A stretch of DNA of 64,000 bases from Leptogorgia sarmentosa (taxonomy: Eukaryota), in assembly GCA_964658305.1 (NCBI GenBank), contig OZ210885.1, positions 3,410,001 to 3,474,000 of the forward strand, given 5' to 3'. The translations under genes were made by a program, and so were the position numbers. Shown in pieces: positions 37,638 through 48,916 of this stretch. The first letter of the stretch is position 1. Each line of letters opens with the position of its first letter. Under the pieces are notes generated by a model. It made no database searches and was not told the origin of the DNA. It saw only the letters and a program-made list of their open reading frames with translations.

Positions 37638-38518
37638 GGTTGGCGGGATGCTGGGGACTGGAATCTATTGGGGCATTGACGAGCAAAATGTCCGATTTGC
37701 CCGCAAACGAAACAATAATTTTCGGTCTCGCGCTGTCGATACTCCGTTCTAGCACGGGTCGGATTCCGACATTCTCGAGCGATGTGGCCCTGGTTGCCGC
37801 AACGAAAGCATGCCCTGGGTCGCGGAAGGTTTCTTGACGCGACGGCGTTTACTCGGGTCATGTTGTCAGACAGCTGATTCACTTTTTCCGTCAACATTTC
37901 CATATTTGCCATCATCTGGGCGAGAATCTCTGACTGCGGTTCAGGTCGATATCTGCTTGCACTCGTCGTGGCTTGATTGATTTGGCTTCCGTCGTCGTGT
38001 GACGAGAGCTTTATGGCCAAATCCAGCTGTTGCGCCGCTGACACCGTTTCACCATAAGACATTTTTGGCTGCTGTAGAAGTTCCTTCTTCAACGCCGGGT
38101 TCATCCCTTCGATAAATTGTTGCTTCAGCAAGATGTCGCGTTCGTTTGCGCCCAGTTTAGGCATTGCGCGTCTGAGTAATGACTCCAGATTGTACGCAAA
38201 GACTTGAATATCCTCCTCGGGTTTACGTTCTCGTTTGCGGAATTCCATCATCGCTATATGCATTCCGGTCGCATCTCCTCCGAAAGCGGTAACGAGCGCT
38301 TCACGCACACTCTTAAATGACTCTTTCTGTTCCCCTTCAAGTCGTTCAAACACGGCGAATGCTTTCCCACATAAAAGAGTAGGCAAACGTTTCAACATAA
38401 CATCTTCTTTCCACTCATTTGCCTCAGAGCAAAGCTCGTATTTCCGCAACCAAAACTCAATATCCCCGTCAGAAAAGGACTCCGGGAGAGCAACACTTGA
38501 TCTATTCGATGTGGCCAT
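37607..38518 (-). CDS. gag: Gypsy Gag with two CCHC knuckles
   Basis: CFRCGNQGHIAREC and CFVCGQIGHFARQC; 303 aa. Confidence 0.95.
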   Translation of the reverse strand: MATSNRSSVALPESFSDGDIEFWLRKYELCSEANEWKEDVMLKRLPTLLCGKAFAVFERLEGEQKESFKSVREALVTAFGGDATGMHIAMMEFRKRERKPEEDIQVFAYNLESLLRRAMPKLGANERDILLKQQFIEGMNPALKKELLQQPKMSYGETVSAAQQLDLAIKLSSHDDGSQINQATTSASRYRPEPQSEILAQMMANMEMLTEKVNQLSDNMTRVNAVASRNLPRPRACFRCGNQGHIARECRNPTRARTEYRQRETENYCFVCGQIGHFARQCPNRFQSPASRQPGNDNGSTRY

Positions 38519-38520
38519 TT

Positions 38521-38538
38521 ATCCTGGTCACGGCACCA
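38521..38538 (-). promoter_or_regulatory. Primer binding site, probably tRNA-His
   Basis: TGGTGCCGTGACCAGGAT 1 nt inside the 5' LTR; complementary to a ...GUCACGGCACCA tRNA end. Confidence 0.8.
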
Positions 38539-38539
38539 A

Positions 38540-38750
38540 TGTAGTATCAATGAAAATAACCAACACGTTTCGGTAACTTTATTACACAGTCTTTCTCTAC
38601 TTTAACACACACGTTATCGTTATCACATTCAGACAAGACACACACTAGCTAAGGTATCGTGTTACCGCATAGTGTCACTATACAGCCAACAATCACAAAT
38701 TAAAAGGTCAAAGGTCTATATCTATATAAGGTCAATATCTATATACTACA
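38540..38750 (-). repeat. 5' LTR
   Basis: 211 bp, identical to 3' LTR. Confidence 0.97.
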
Positions 38751-39179
38751 CCAGCATGTATGGTTCATCTAGCAGGGGTCTCCTGCTCCCCATATTGTCT
38801 CACACGATTCGAAGTAGATGAGAACTACCCTGCCATGTCCACTTTTCTTGCCACTATTGATGCCTGACCGGTGTATACAAAACACGCAACACATTTTTTG
38901 TGGCATATAATTTCGGCAGGGAAGTGGTCGGTCTAGAGCCTCTAGCGAGTCCTGATGGTCTGGGGACCACCATTGGTATACTGAGACAGTAAAGGTACGA
39001 CTTGACAGAGCGTGCAAAAACTATGGGTTTTGGTAGAGGGACAAGTAGATAACAGGGGGACAGGCGAACCCCCGTCTAAGGTCAGTCAGCTCGTTAATGT
39101 TGAGTACTAGTTGGACTCGTGACCAACTATTGGTAAAGAGTATTCAACTATTAAATGACTGACCCATGGAGTCTCTAGG

Positions 39180-39440
39180 TCAGGTCATTCTGGTCGCATT
39201 TACAACCTGCACTTTGCATGGCAAACTGTTGTCAAAAAGGACAGCACTTCCCTGCCATTCTTTATTGACTATCAAGCATTTCAGCAAAATGGAAAACAGA
39301 TATGGCTGCCTATTTACCTGCATGGTGACATGTGCCACCCACATAGAAGTTGTGCACAGCCTAGAAACCGACTCTTACATTATGGCGCTAAGACGAATGA
39401 TCGCTAGTAGAGGAAAGCCCATGCGTATCCACTCCGACAA
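39180..39440 (+). mobile_element. BEL/Pao integrase fragment
   Basis: RYGCLFTCMVT..HIEVVHSLETDSYIMALRRMIASRGKP..IHSDN. Confidence 0.85.
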
Positions 39441-39800
39441 CAAGAAGCAAGTTCATCGGCACAACCAACCATTCAAGCGACACCACATCCGGCAATCAGC
39501 ATCAAACTCCCACTATACTAGCCGAGTGACCCAGCGCTCTGGTTTTCTCAAGTGGAAGTGCAGTTCACTACCTGGGTCTTTCAACCCCAAGTCGCGCAAC
39601 CTCATCATCAATCCTCCAGTCAAAAACCCTTATTCTCAGCTCAAGAAAGATCTCGTCACCCGAACATCCGCCTCTGAACAACAGCGGCTCCACCAAGTGC
39701 TCACCGCGGAGCAATTAGGCGATCGCAAGCCAACTCAATTGCATCTCCAAATGCGACAGCTGCTTGGTGACAACCAACTCGAACCATCCATCATGCAGCA
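39441..39800 (+). mobile_element. 5' gag part of a second, split Gypsy element
   Basis: IKLPLY*PSDPALWFSQVEVQF; PYSQLK..SEQQRLHQVL..LGDRKPTQL; last 37 bp recur inverted at 51168-51204. Confidence 0.85.
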
Positions 39801-39878
39801 TGGTTTTTTTGTCCCCCAAAAAAACGTAACGAGTATTGAAAATGATCTATTGTAATAATTCCAAAAGCCTAACACTTA

Positions 39879-40352
39879 GGCCCCTATTACCCTATACCAG
39901 ATTGCATCTGAGCGGAGCGATTTTTATACCGGATTGGGCTGTTGTTTACACTACGCCACTGTAATCCGGTGCGTGCCGCGGAGCAAAAATCATTCCGCTT
40001 CGTTCGTGATACCAAAAGTAATCCGGTATGTGCCATACCGGGAAAAGCCAAGTGTAATCACTAATCCGGTACGCTCCGGTGCATCTTTTTGCCGCGAAGG
40101 TTTTGAATTCATTACAATTTGTCAATTTCACTTCCAAAATTGTTGCCTTATACAAAATATTTTTATGTTTGTATTGACTGCTGCAAGCGTGCTGCAAATA
40201 ATGTCGTGTTTGTATGCCCTAAATATCCAACATTATACGATACAAAGACGTCTTCGACAGCGGAGCGGCGTAGTGTAATCGCTGCCATTTTTTTCATCCG
40301 TGTCAAAATTGATCCGGAACGAAAAGTAATCCGGTATAGTGTAATAGGGGCC
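39879..40352. mobile_element. PIF/Harbinger-type MITE
   Basis: ~25-bp TIR GGCCCCTATTAC(C/A)CTATACC(A/G)GATT; 3-bp TSD TTA. Confidence 0.9.
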
Positions 40353-40379
40353 TTAGCTTAGTGCATATATTAAGTATTG

Positions 40380-40430
40380 TCTTATTCACAAATCATTTTC
40401 AATAATGGTGCGTTTTTTTGGGACACCCTG
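40380..40430. mobile_element. Single Tc1/mariner-like terminus
   Basis: ...ttttttgggacaccctg|TA; partner end not found. Confidence 0.45.
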
Positions 40431-40959
40431 TATAGACGTTCAGGCGGCTCAGCTGCACTGATCAGGCGTAAACGCCGAAGCACGCCCATGTATGCAGATA
40501 GTACATATATATATATATATATATTTATATATGTATTACCTTCGTCTTGTGAATGAGGGTGAGGCATTTCTGGACTGACATTCCTCTTTTCAGCATTTTT
40601 TACTGCAGTGTTGTCATTGGTGGTACCTGGTGGTTGTGTCACTTAAAGGAATTATGATGCATTATGATTAACCATCAAACAACATTTTGTAGTAAGGTCA
40701 CTTTTGAAAACTTGTAATGAACAGTCGATAGGAAATGATGACCATATTTACTTTGCAAATGACCAGTTTGAAGAAGAAACTAGACGTTTTTCTGTTTTTT
40801 ATAATGCAGTTTGTTTGTGGAGAACTTACTTGCAATTAAAAGATAAATTTGGAACGAAAGTAATCGACTACAAACAGATAGGTATCAACACCAAAAGCTC
40901 ACGATTAGACTCTTCTTGTACATATAACGGTGATGAATTGCCAGCAGACGACTTAGCTA

Positions 40960-41350
40960 ATGAACTGCAAAGGTTGGCAAACACTTGGGGCTATGACGTC
41001 GTCAACATTGCGGGCGATAGCTTTTTTACAGCTGTAGCTTTTCAGTTTAATCAATTCGTGACAACCACCAATGAAAATGTGCCTGAGAATTGGTATTTCC
41101 CCTGAACAAACAATTCCATATGTAGCCAATATAGGCTACGCAGATTGGTTGTCGATGAATGGACAGGACAACACGTGAGTGAATACCAACATTTTCTTAT
41201 TGATACTAATATTGAAAGAGAAGCCCCAAACTTCCTCAGAAATGGCCATTTCTCAGGTAGTTTCGGTGATGCATTGCCTCTTGCAATGGCTAATGTGCTT
41301 CAAATGTCCATTTTCATGCATTTTAACACCACAACATATAGTTCCCTTAA
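40960..41350 (+). pseudogene. OTU-like domain relic, probably transposon-borne
   Basis: VVNIAGDSFFTAVA (eroded GDGNCFF), LRRLVVDEW, FLRNGHF...GDALPLAMANVL. Confidence 0.5.
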
Positions 41351-42186
41351 TTTCCATATTTCCGCGTTATAATGTGGATAGTAAAATATCCAAACTGGCC
41401 ATTCTTCCACGGATCATTGATTAGCATTGGGAAAAGGGAAGATCCATTGTTTCAAATGAATCATGAATGAATTCCGTAGCCGAAAGCCAGCGAGGATAGA
41501 ACGCAGACGGGTGGGGGGGGGGAAGGGCGCATTTAACTGCAACGTAAACGAATACCACACCCCGACCATTCCTCCCCCCCCCCCCCCTCCCCTCCCGCTC
41601 CTGCATCTTGTTACTTTATTCTAGCACTCCAATTGTCGTGGCGATCAGCACAAAATTATGGCATATAACACGGGAAACGCGGAGTTTTATACATGGCAAA
41701 TCATTATTTATCCATCGTTGAGCATGGGAAGCACAGTCAAAACTACTGGGGACATCGGCATGCAACAACGCAATAGAAACAGGCAAGCCGCCCTGGCGAG
41801 GAAACCTACGTTGGCCGAGATGACGGTCATCAATATACTGGGAGCAGGGTATCTGCTGGCGACGCAACTCTTGCGTGGCCACCATGCCCAACGTCTGATA
41901 CATATAGGGCGAAATTTTCCAGCCAAATGGGAGGACATTGTTTCCATCCTCTCCATTGGAAACCCATGTAGAGACGACTCTCGTCATCCATGAAGACATG
42001 ATCATATCCTGACTTATCGTCCAACTTAGACTGGTAATGATCCCGGTCAACGTAGCGAGTCAGATCAATCACAGAATCAAGACTGAAAGGCATGTCTTTC
42101 ATCCAAGAATTAAGATAACGCTGATCTTGGCATAGTCTAGGTTTCTGTAGCCTGCGTGCAGACGCTTATCAAGCACGACATCAACA

Positions 42187-45100
42187 TTATTATTATTATT
42201 ATTATTTAATCATATTTACAACGGTAAACCCTTCAGTGAATTACAACTGATTTTCAAGGGGCCGTTGCTAACTAGAAAAATTTGTACATCATACATACGA
42301 AAAGATACTAAACTTACTTTACACACTAAAAATTAATTCTAAAAAATACAAATGTTACGCAAGGTAATAAACTATTTACAAGATAGCAAGATCATTCTTC
42401 TATGGTTTTGAGAATAGCCCTAAACTGACTAATTGATGTTGCTTCTTTTGCACACTTTAACAAATCGTTCCAAAGCGCAGCACCTGAATAGTTAAAACTT
42501 TTTTTCAAATAATTCGTATTCGGTTTTGGGATTGAAAAATCTAATTCGTTACTGCGAAGGTTGTAGTTTTGGTTGTTGCTGATGTTGAACATACTCGCCA
42601 GGCATTCCGGAAGATCATTATCTCTTATTTTATACATAAATATTGCTCGTTTTGCTTTTCTTTGGTTTAATAACGGTTGGCATCCTAAATTTTTTAAAAT
42701 TTCACTTGAACGAATTTCATAAGATTTTCCGGTTATGACTCTAGCCGCCCTGTTCTGTAATTTTTGTAATTTTTCGAAAAGATATTTACTACAATTATCC
42801 CAAACAAGGTTGCAGTAGTTAAAATGTGGCTTTATTAGTGCACTATAAACAGTTTTTAGAGTTTCCTCGGGGACATAAGTTTTCATTCTCCTTATCATGC
42901 CAATTCCTCTAGAAACCTTTGTAGTTACTTCGTCAATTTGTTTTTGCTACTGAGTGAGATAGGCAATTTGGGAGATCATTCACGTAAAGTAAGAATAGTA
43001 GTGGCCCTAAAGTGGAGCCTTGTGGTACACCACAGCGAATTACATGTTCCCGAGAGGTTGTACGACCAATTCTGCACATCTGGACTCGATTTTCCAAATA
43101 CGATTTAAACCAAAAAAGTGTACTTTCAATGCACCCATACAGCTTTAGTTTTCTAATTAAGATATCATGATTTACACAATCGAAAGCTTTTTTAAGATCT
43201 AGGAAAATAACTCCGTTTAGGTATCCTTTGTCCATGTTAATAAACCACCTATTAGTAGAATTTAAGAGCGATGTTTCTGTTGAGTTTTTCTTCCTAAAAC
43301 CTGCTTGTTGTCGTGTGAGTATGCCCCCTGTTTCCAGAAATACTGACAGTTGATATGATATAAGTTTTTCAAAGACTTTAGCCACAGCTGGCAGTACTGA
43401 AATAGGCCTATAGTTATTGCAATCTAATTTGCTTTCTGCATGATTTAAAGATTGGTGAAATAATTGCGACCTTAAAGTCATCCGGAAAAGCGCCAGTCGA
43501 TAGCGATTGGTTAAATCTTTTTAATTTGATTGGTTAAATCTTTTGAAGTGCCAGTCGATAGCGATTGGTTAAATCTTAAAAGATCCTGCTAAACCTGCTG
43601 AATCTTTTAAGAGTTTAGGTGATATTCTATCATGGCCTGTGGCTTTAGATGAAGATAATGTGGAAACTACCCCAAACACGTCGGCCTCCGACACATTCTG
43701 TAATTCGAATGTACATTTATTTCGGGATTTAATATACGACTCAGGAGTTCTGGCACTTTCTGGTAATTTGTGGGCCAGAGTGGTTCCAATTTCATTAAAA
43801 AAGTTGTTAAATGAATTTGCAATTACTTCTGGCTCCTCAATAATTTTATCATCAACTACTATTTTAGTTATGTTTGTTGTCTTAGACTTTTTGTTTGTAA
43901 TTTTATTAATTGTCTTCCACATTTCTTTTGGGTTTTTTGCCGTATTGTTAATTAAGCTCGTAAAATATTCAGTTTTAGTCTTTTCTATCAATCTATTTAA
44001 ATCGTTTCATGCTCTTTTGTATGCGTCATGTAAAATAGAAGATCCAGTTTTGACCGCTTTTTTTTTTAAGAAAATCCCTGTGATAGATATTTCTCTTAAT
44101 ATTTTCTGTAATCCAGGGCGCATACTCACTTTTTACTTTACGAGTCCTTTGAGGCGCATGCATATCAGAAATTAATAAAAATTTTGTTTTCCATTCCTGC
44201 CATAGCACGTTTGGATCAGTCGATTCGCTTGATTGTGTTTGGAATATCGTATACAGGTCATAGCAAAAGGCATCTTTGTCATAATTTTTAAATTGCCGTG
44301 TACTAATAAATTTAGCCTCCTTACGAGGAATTGAGATTTTCCGGCAGATATATATTAAACCATGATCAGTAATTCCTAAATCTCAACTCCTGATGCAAGT
44401 ACTATTTCCGGTCTATTACTAAAAGCTAAATCAATAAGTGTGCTGGTCGTTTGTGTAATTCGCGTGGGTTGCTTAATGAGCTGTTCAAGTTGAAACAAAT
44501 CTGCAAGATCAACCAGTTTATTTGTGTGCGGATTTAATTTGTCCTTATCCAGAGACCAATCACAGTTAAAATCACCAATTAGAATTATTTCACAGCCCTC
44601 CGAATCCATATTTCTGACAAGTTCTTCATAACTGTTGAAGAGTTCCAATGATGAATTCGGTGGTCTATACCATGTATTTATTATGAATGGTTTGGCCTTA
44701 GGTTTGTGAATTTCAACAGTGATTGTCTCTAGCTCTTTTACCATTAAATCGTATCTAACTTTATAGTCTATTGAACTTCTGATATAAATTGCCACTCCCC
44801 CACCATGCCTGTTTCTATCTTCTCGTATTACATCGTACCCATTTATATCGATTTCGTGGCTTACTATAGTGTTGTCAAGCATAGTTTCATTCAGGGTAAT
44901 AATGTCATATTGCTGGCAATGTAAGTAGAGCCTAAGTTGGTCAATATTTTTAATTAAACTTCTGATATTCAGGTGAGCAATCTTAAATCCTCTCATTTGT
45001 TTAGTATTTTTATTCTCGCTTTCAGTACAGGAATTTAATTTATCCTGTTTTGAGTAACTTAATGAAATTTGCCCTGGCTCAACATCGTCAGATGGGCTAT

Positions 45101-45617
45101 TCTCTGCTATACATCAATTGCTTTTTCCAGGCATATTAAGATAGTTTGAAATATTTCTAGCCAGAACTGCAGTCCCTGCTCTGTTCAAGTGAACGCCATA
45201 TGGGTTGATATGCGCTTCTCCTATATTATTATGCTTAATAATATGTAAATTACGGCTTTCGCAAAAGCTTGATAGCAAACTATTAGTCTCACCTATTTTC
45301 TGCTTGTATTCACCTTTATCCGTTTGGAGTATGAGTTCAGAGATTACGATTTTAGTTGAGGGACTCTCAGTTTGTATATGTCGCAGATTTCAGCAATACC
45401 TTCAACTATTTTACTTGGATGGTTCTCTGATAGATCATTCGTTCCAACATGCAGAATGATTTGTGAAGGTTTTTTGGCCAAACATGGTTTAATATGGTGC
45501 TTTATAGATGATGTTTTTGCACCTCTGTAGGTTTCAACATAAACCTTGCTCTGCCCAGCTTTTACTGATCTTTGGAGCCTTCGGGGATCTAAATGTTTAA
45601 CCATAGATTCCCCAACG
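42187..45617 (-). mobile_element. CR1/L2-group LINE, degenerate, 5'-truncated in ORF1
   Basis: SGNH-like ORF1 (ILHVGTND, HLNRAG), APE 44376-44996, RT (NYRPISVLP, FLDLKKAFD, GVPQGS), (AAT)n tail at 42187-42206; YADD region deleted near 42933. Confidence 0.93.
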
Positions 45618-46405
45618 TAACTGTAGTTAACTTCCGACGAAAAAAAACCCCGCTTAATCCCCTGCAAAACACGAAAGTATCACAGCAGTAACATAGATAT
45701 CACTTTCTCTGTGGACAGTTACGCGCAAAGTGGCCTGGGTATCTGACAATGAACGTGAATTTCCCATCTGAGGAGGCTGAGGACGAGGGACCGGGGGATA
45801 AGGATTAAAACGGAACGGGGGCGGAAACATAGCATGTGGGGCATTCCTTGGCGCTTATAGACTTTCACCATCGTCTTAGCCACTTCCTTCTCCACGTCGT
45901 CACCCAAAACTTGGATAACGAAATCAGCCATTTGTGGCGTCATGGGAAGCCTTTTGCAGTTGGCGAGCACAGCGGCATATTTTCGTACATCTTTGTGGGC
46001 GGAGCGACGCGCAACATCTTCCAGATTCTCTAATGTGTCCACAAGGGCATAGGGATCGAACACCGCAATGGGACGAGATGCCAACTGCCTCACCAACAAT
46101 ACCGCCTGGTCAACTGACGATACTTCAGCAATATTCTGGAGTTGTTCAAGGCGTTGTTGCATTTCCCGCAAGCGATTCTATAAAAACGGACGAGCGCGTT
46201 AACGCATCTATCTCATACCCACAGCTAAGGCAGGTTAGTGGCAATTTCAAATTCAGCGGGTACGCGTGCCTGGTCAAAGCAACTCTAACATGACCAGAAA
46301 CACATGCATCTGTCAATACCGTACCCCAGTTAACTTGGCAATTTCCAATTCCATAGTTACACGTGCTGATATACCAACCAAGTTGGAATTTCCAATTCCA
46401 TAGAT

Positions 46406-47007
46406 ACTCGTGCATGGTCTGAAGCAATCTAACATTGCCAGAAGCACATATCTCAAATCTCAATATACCAATGTAACGATTTTAGCAAATTCACGTTCAA
46501 TCGGTCCTCGTGCACGGTCTGAAGCAATCTAACATTGCCAGAAGCACATGTCTCAATATACCAATTTAACAATATTAGCAAATTCACGTTCAATCGGTCC
46601 TCGTGCACGGTCTGAAGCAATCTAACATTGCCAGAAGCACATGTCTCAATATACCAATTTAACGATATTAGCAAATTCACGTTCAATCGGTCCTCGTGCA
46701 CGGTCTGAAGCAATCAACATTGCCAGAAGCACATGTCTCAATATACCAATTTAACGATTTTAGCAAATTCACGTTCAATCGGTCCTCGTGCACGGTCTGA
46801 AGCAATCTAACATTGCCAGAAGCACATGTCTCAATATACCAATTTAACGATATTAGCAAATTCACGTTCAATCGGTCCTCGTGCACGGTCTGAAGCAATC
46901 TAACATTGCCAGAAGCACATGTCTCAATATACCAATTTAACAATATTAGCAAATTCACGTTCAATCGGTACTCGTGCACGGTCTGAAGCAATCTAACATT
47001 GTCAGAA
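46406..47007. repeat. 93-bp tandem array, ~6.4 copies, inside the predicted gag intron
   Basis: Motif tcggt(c/a)ctcg at 46501, 46594, 46687, 46779, 46872, 46965. Confidence 0.95.
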
Positions 47008-48202
47008 CACTAATACTGCCCGGTAGCTTGGGAAAGCCAAAGCTACACAATTCCCCCGCGAACACCAATTCATACAATAAAGATACGAAATAAGTGAAAC
47101 CGCTAATGCATCGCATGAGGAGATAAACCTCCCAACCAAATAGCTGCTCATGTAAACCTACGAAGTAATAGTGCAAGATAGGCGAGAAACCCCACCGAAA
47201 TAAAACCCCAACCAAGCAGACGAAAATCGAACCACTGAGACCAAACATGAAGAACCTGATACAAACCACCTGGGCTGTGCTAGAAAACAAATCTAGCATG
47301 AAATAAACAACATAATTACCTCCAAATTCGGTGCCTGCGGCTGGTCCTCTTGAGGAGGATTCGGATTAACGACACCAGGCGGAGCCGGCAAGTTCTGAAA
47401 TAGCACAGGCTCCTGCCTTGGTACTGGATTGGGTTGAAGCACATCCTCTATGTGTCGTAACGGCGGGCGAACAGGTCGTTGGGCCATGTTTATCTGTTTC
47501 TTTATCCAGCACTCCAATATTGTCGTGGCGATCAGCACAAAATTATGGCATATAACACAGGAAACGCGGCGTTTTATACATGGTAAATCATTATTTATTC
47601 ATCAACTGCATTACTTATTCGTATTTTAATGCTCAATAAAAAGCTAGCCTCGTCAACTATAAGCTGATTTCCACGAGGGGCGTCTGAATTACATAATTAT
47701 AAGAAGATACACAATTTTAAATACATATATACATATATACAAGACAATTTGCACATCTACAGCTACATGCTACACAAACAAGTATGTGTGTCGATAAAAG
47801 CATGCAAAAGTTTTTTAAGCAGAATAGAGAAGTTAATTGTGTTACTCAACGCTTCAGACCTGGAGGGCATTTTGACAACACAATGAACTGAACACAACTG
47901 TTATGTTCACTGGACAGCATGAGCACGAATTTTTTCTTTAACGATGATGGTCTGAACATGTTAGAATACTTTATTGTTGTTGCAATTGTGAGCTATTTTG
48001 TTTCGGAAGGACTAGATGCGTTTCCAGACAGTAACAAACAAATGGTGACAATGTTCAATGATATTGAAAAGACTATTCTTAAGGAGGAAGACTTGATGTT
48101 CCTCCCAGTAGCAATACATTCTGAGAGGGTAATCACACGGACTATTAGAAGAATACAGCGGAAAAAACGAGAATTGTAAAAGTATAAAAGAAACAAATAT
48201 AC

Positions 48203-48396
48203 GGATATATATATATATATATATATATATCCGTATATAATCATCTGATGATTCCTCTTGGATGAAACAGGCTGTAGTGGCACCTTTTTGAGGCAAAACT
48301 ATATATATATATATATATATTGAAAAAATGTTCTCTGGATTGAGAAATGTTATTTTATTTTATTAATAACTATATATATATATATATATATATATA
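48203..48396. repeat. Cluster of three (TA)n microsatellites
   Basis: Runs near 48205-48230, 48300-48320 and 48371-48396. Confidence 0.9.
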
Positions 48397-48702
48397 GTTA
48401 TAAAATACATTATTAGCAAGGGCGTTCTCACTCGAGATCTCACTTACGTTTGCATAGTCACCGTAAGAGGCCCGTTTAGACTTGCAACTTTCACTGTGGT
48501 TTTTTTCCTTTTCATAGATGTAAAAGTAAACCATATACGAAGGTTTAGGTGAGAAAACATATACACTCAGCACATTTGTGATAATCCAGTCATTTGCATC
48601 AATCAAAAAGAGAAAAAAACACACCAGAAATCGCAGTGGATGTCCCAAATGTAAACGGCCTTAACATGCATAGCGGTATTAACTTCATAGTAACCAAAGA
48701 GA

Positions 48703-48916
48703 TGGGCCAGATGTTCATGATCAAAAGCTGGTTAGCTTAATCCTGGTTAACTTAAAATTCGAAGCAAGTTTTCCAACAGTTCGTTTATGAATTTAGAAAT
48801 GTTTCTTTAGAAATTTTTCTTTAGAAATCATGTCTGGATCAATGAGATTTTTCTTCTTTACACATTCGAAAAAAACATGAAATGTGTACAAGCACAGAAA
48901 ATAAAACTCAAGGTTA
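48703..48916. mobile_element. Left part of a split Harbinger-like MITE (right part 52059-52167)
   Basis: Left end gggccagatgttc..aaagctggttag; right end ..taacccagctttaaacaactgtccc; 60-bp overlap duplicated (59/60). Confidence 0.65.

Larger units (their letters stand above)
34029..38750 (-). mobile_element. Intact full-length Ty3/Gypsy LTR retrotransposon, 4722 bp
   Basis: Identical 211-bp LTRs with TGTAGTAT..ATACTACA ends, 4-bp TSD CCAG, PBS, PPT, open gag and pol. Confidence 0.98.
41440..47602 (-). mobile_element. YR (DIRS/Ngaro/PAT-like) retrotransposon, internally deleted and interrupted by a LINE
   Basis: RT 41720-42135 (KLDDKSGYDH, LPFGWKISP, YIDDRH); gag-like ORF with GHFARNC knuckle ~45700-47487; ~95-bp direct repeats 41622-41717 and 47507-47602. 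Confidence 0.75.

Noticed and set aside
46406..47007. CRISPR-like array or 31-aa repeat protein
   Set aside because: No unique spacers, eukaryotic context, a 1-bp deletion breaks the frame, and it lies inside a predicted intron
47880..48200. 86-aa plus-strand ORF
   Set aside because: No recognisable domain or splice partners; flanked by microsatellites
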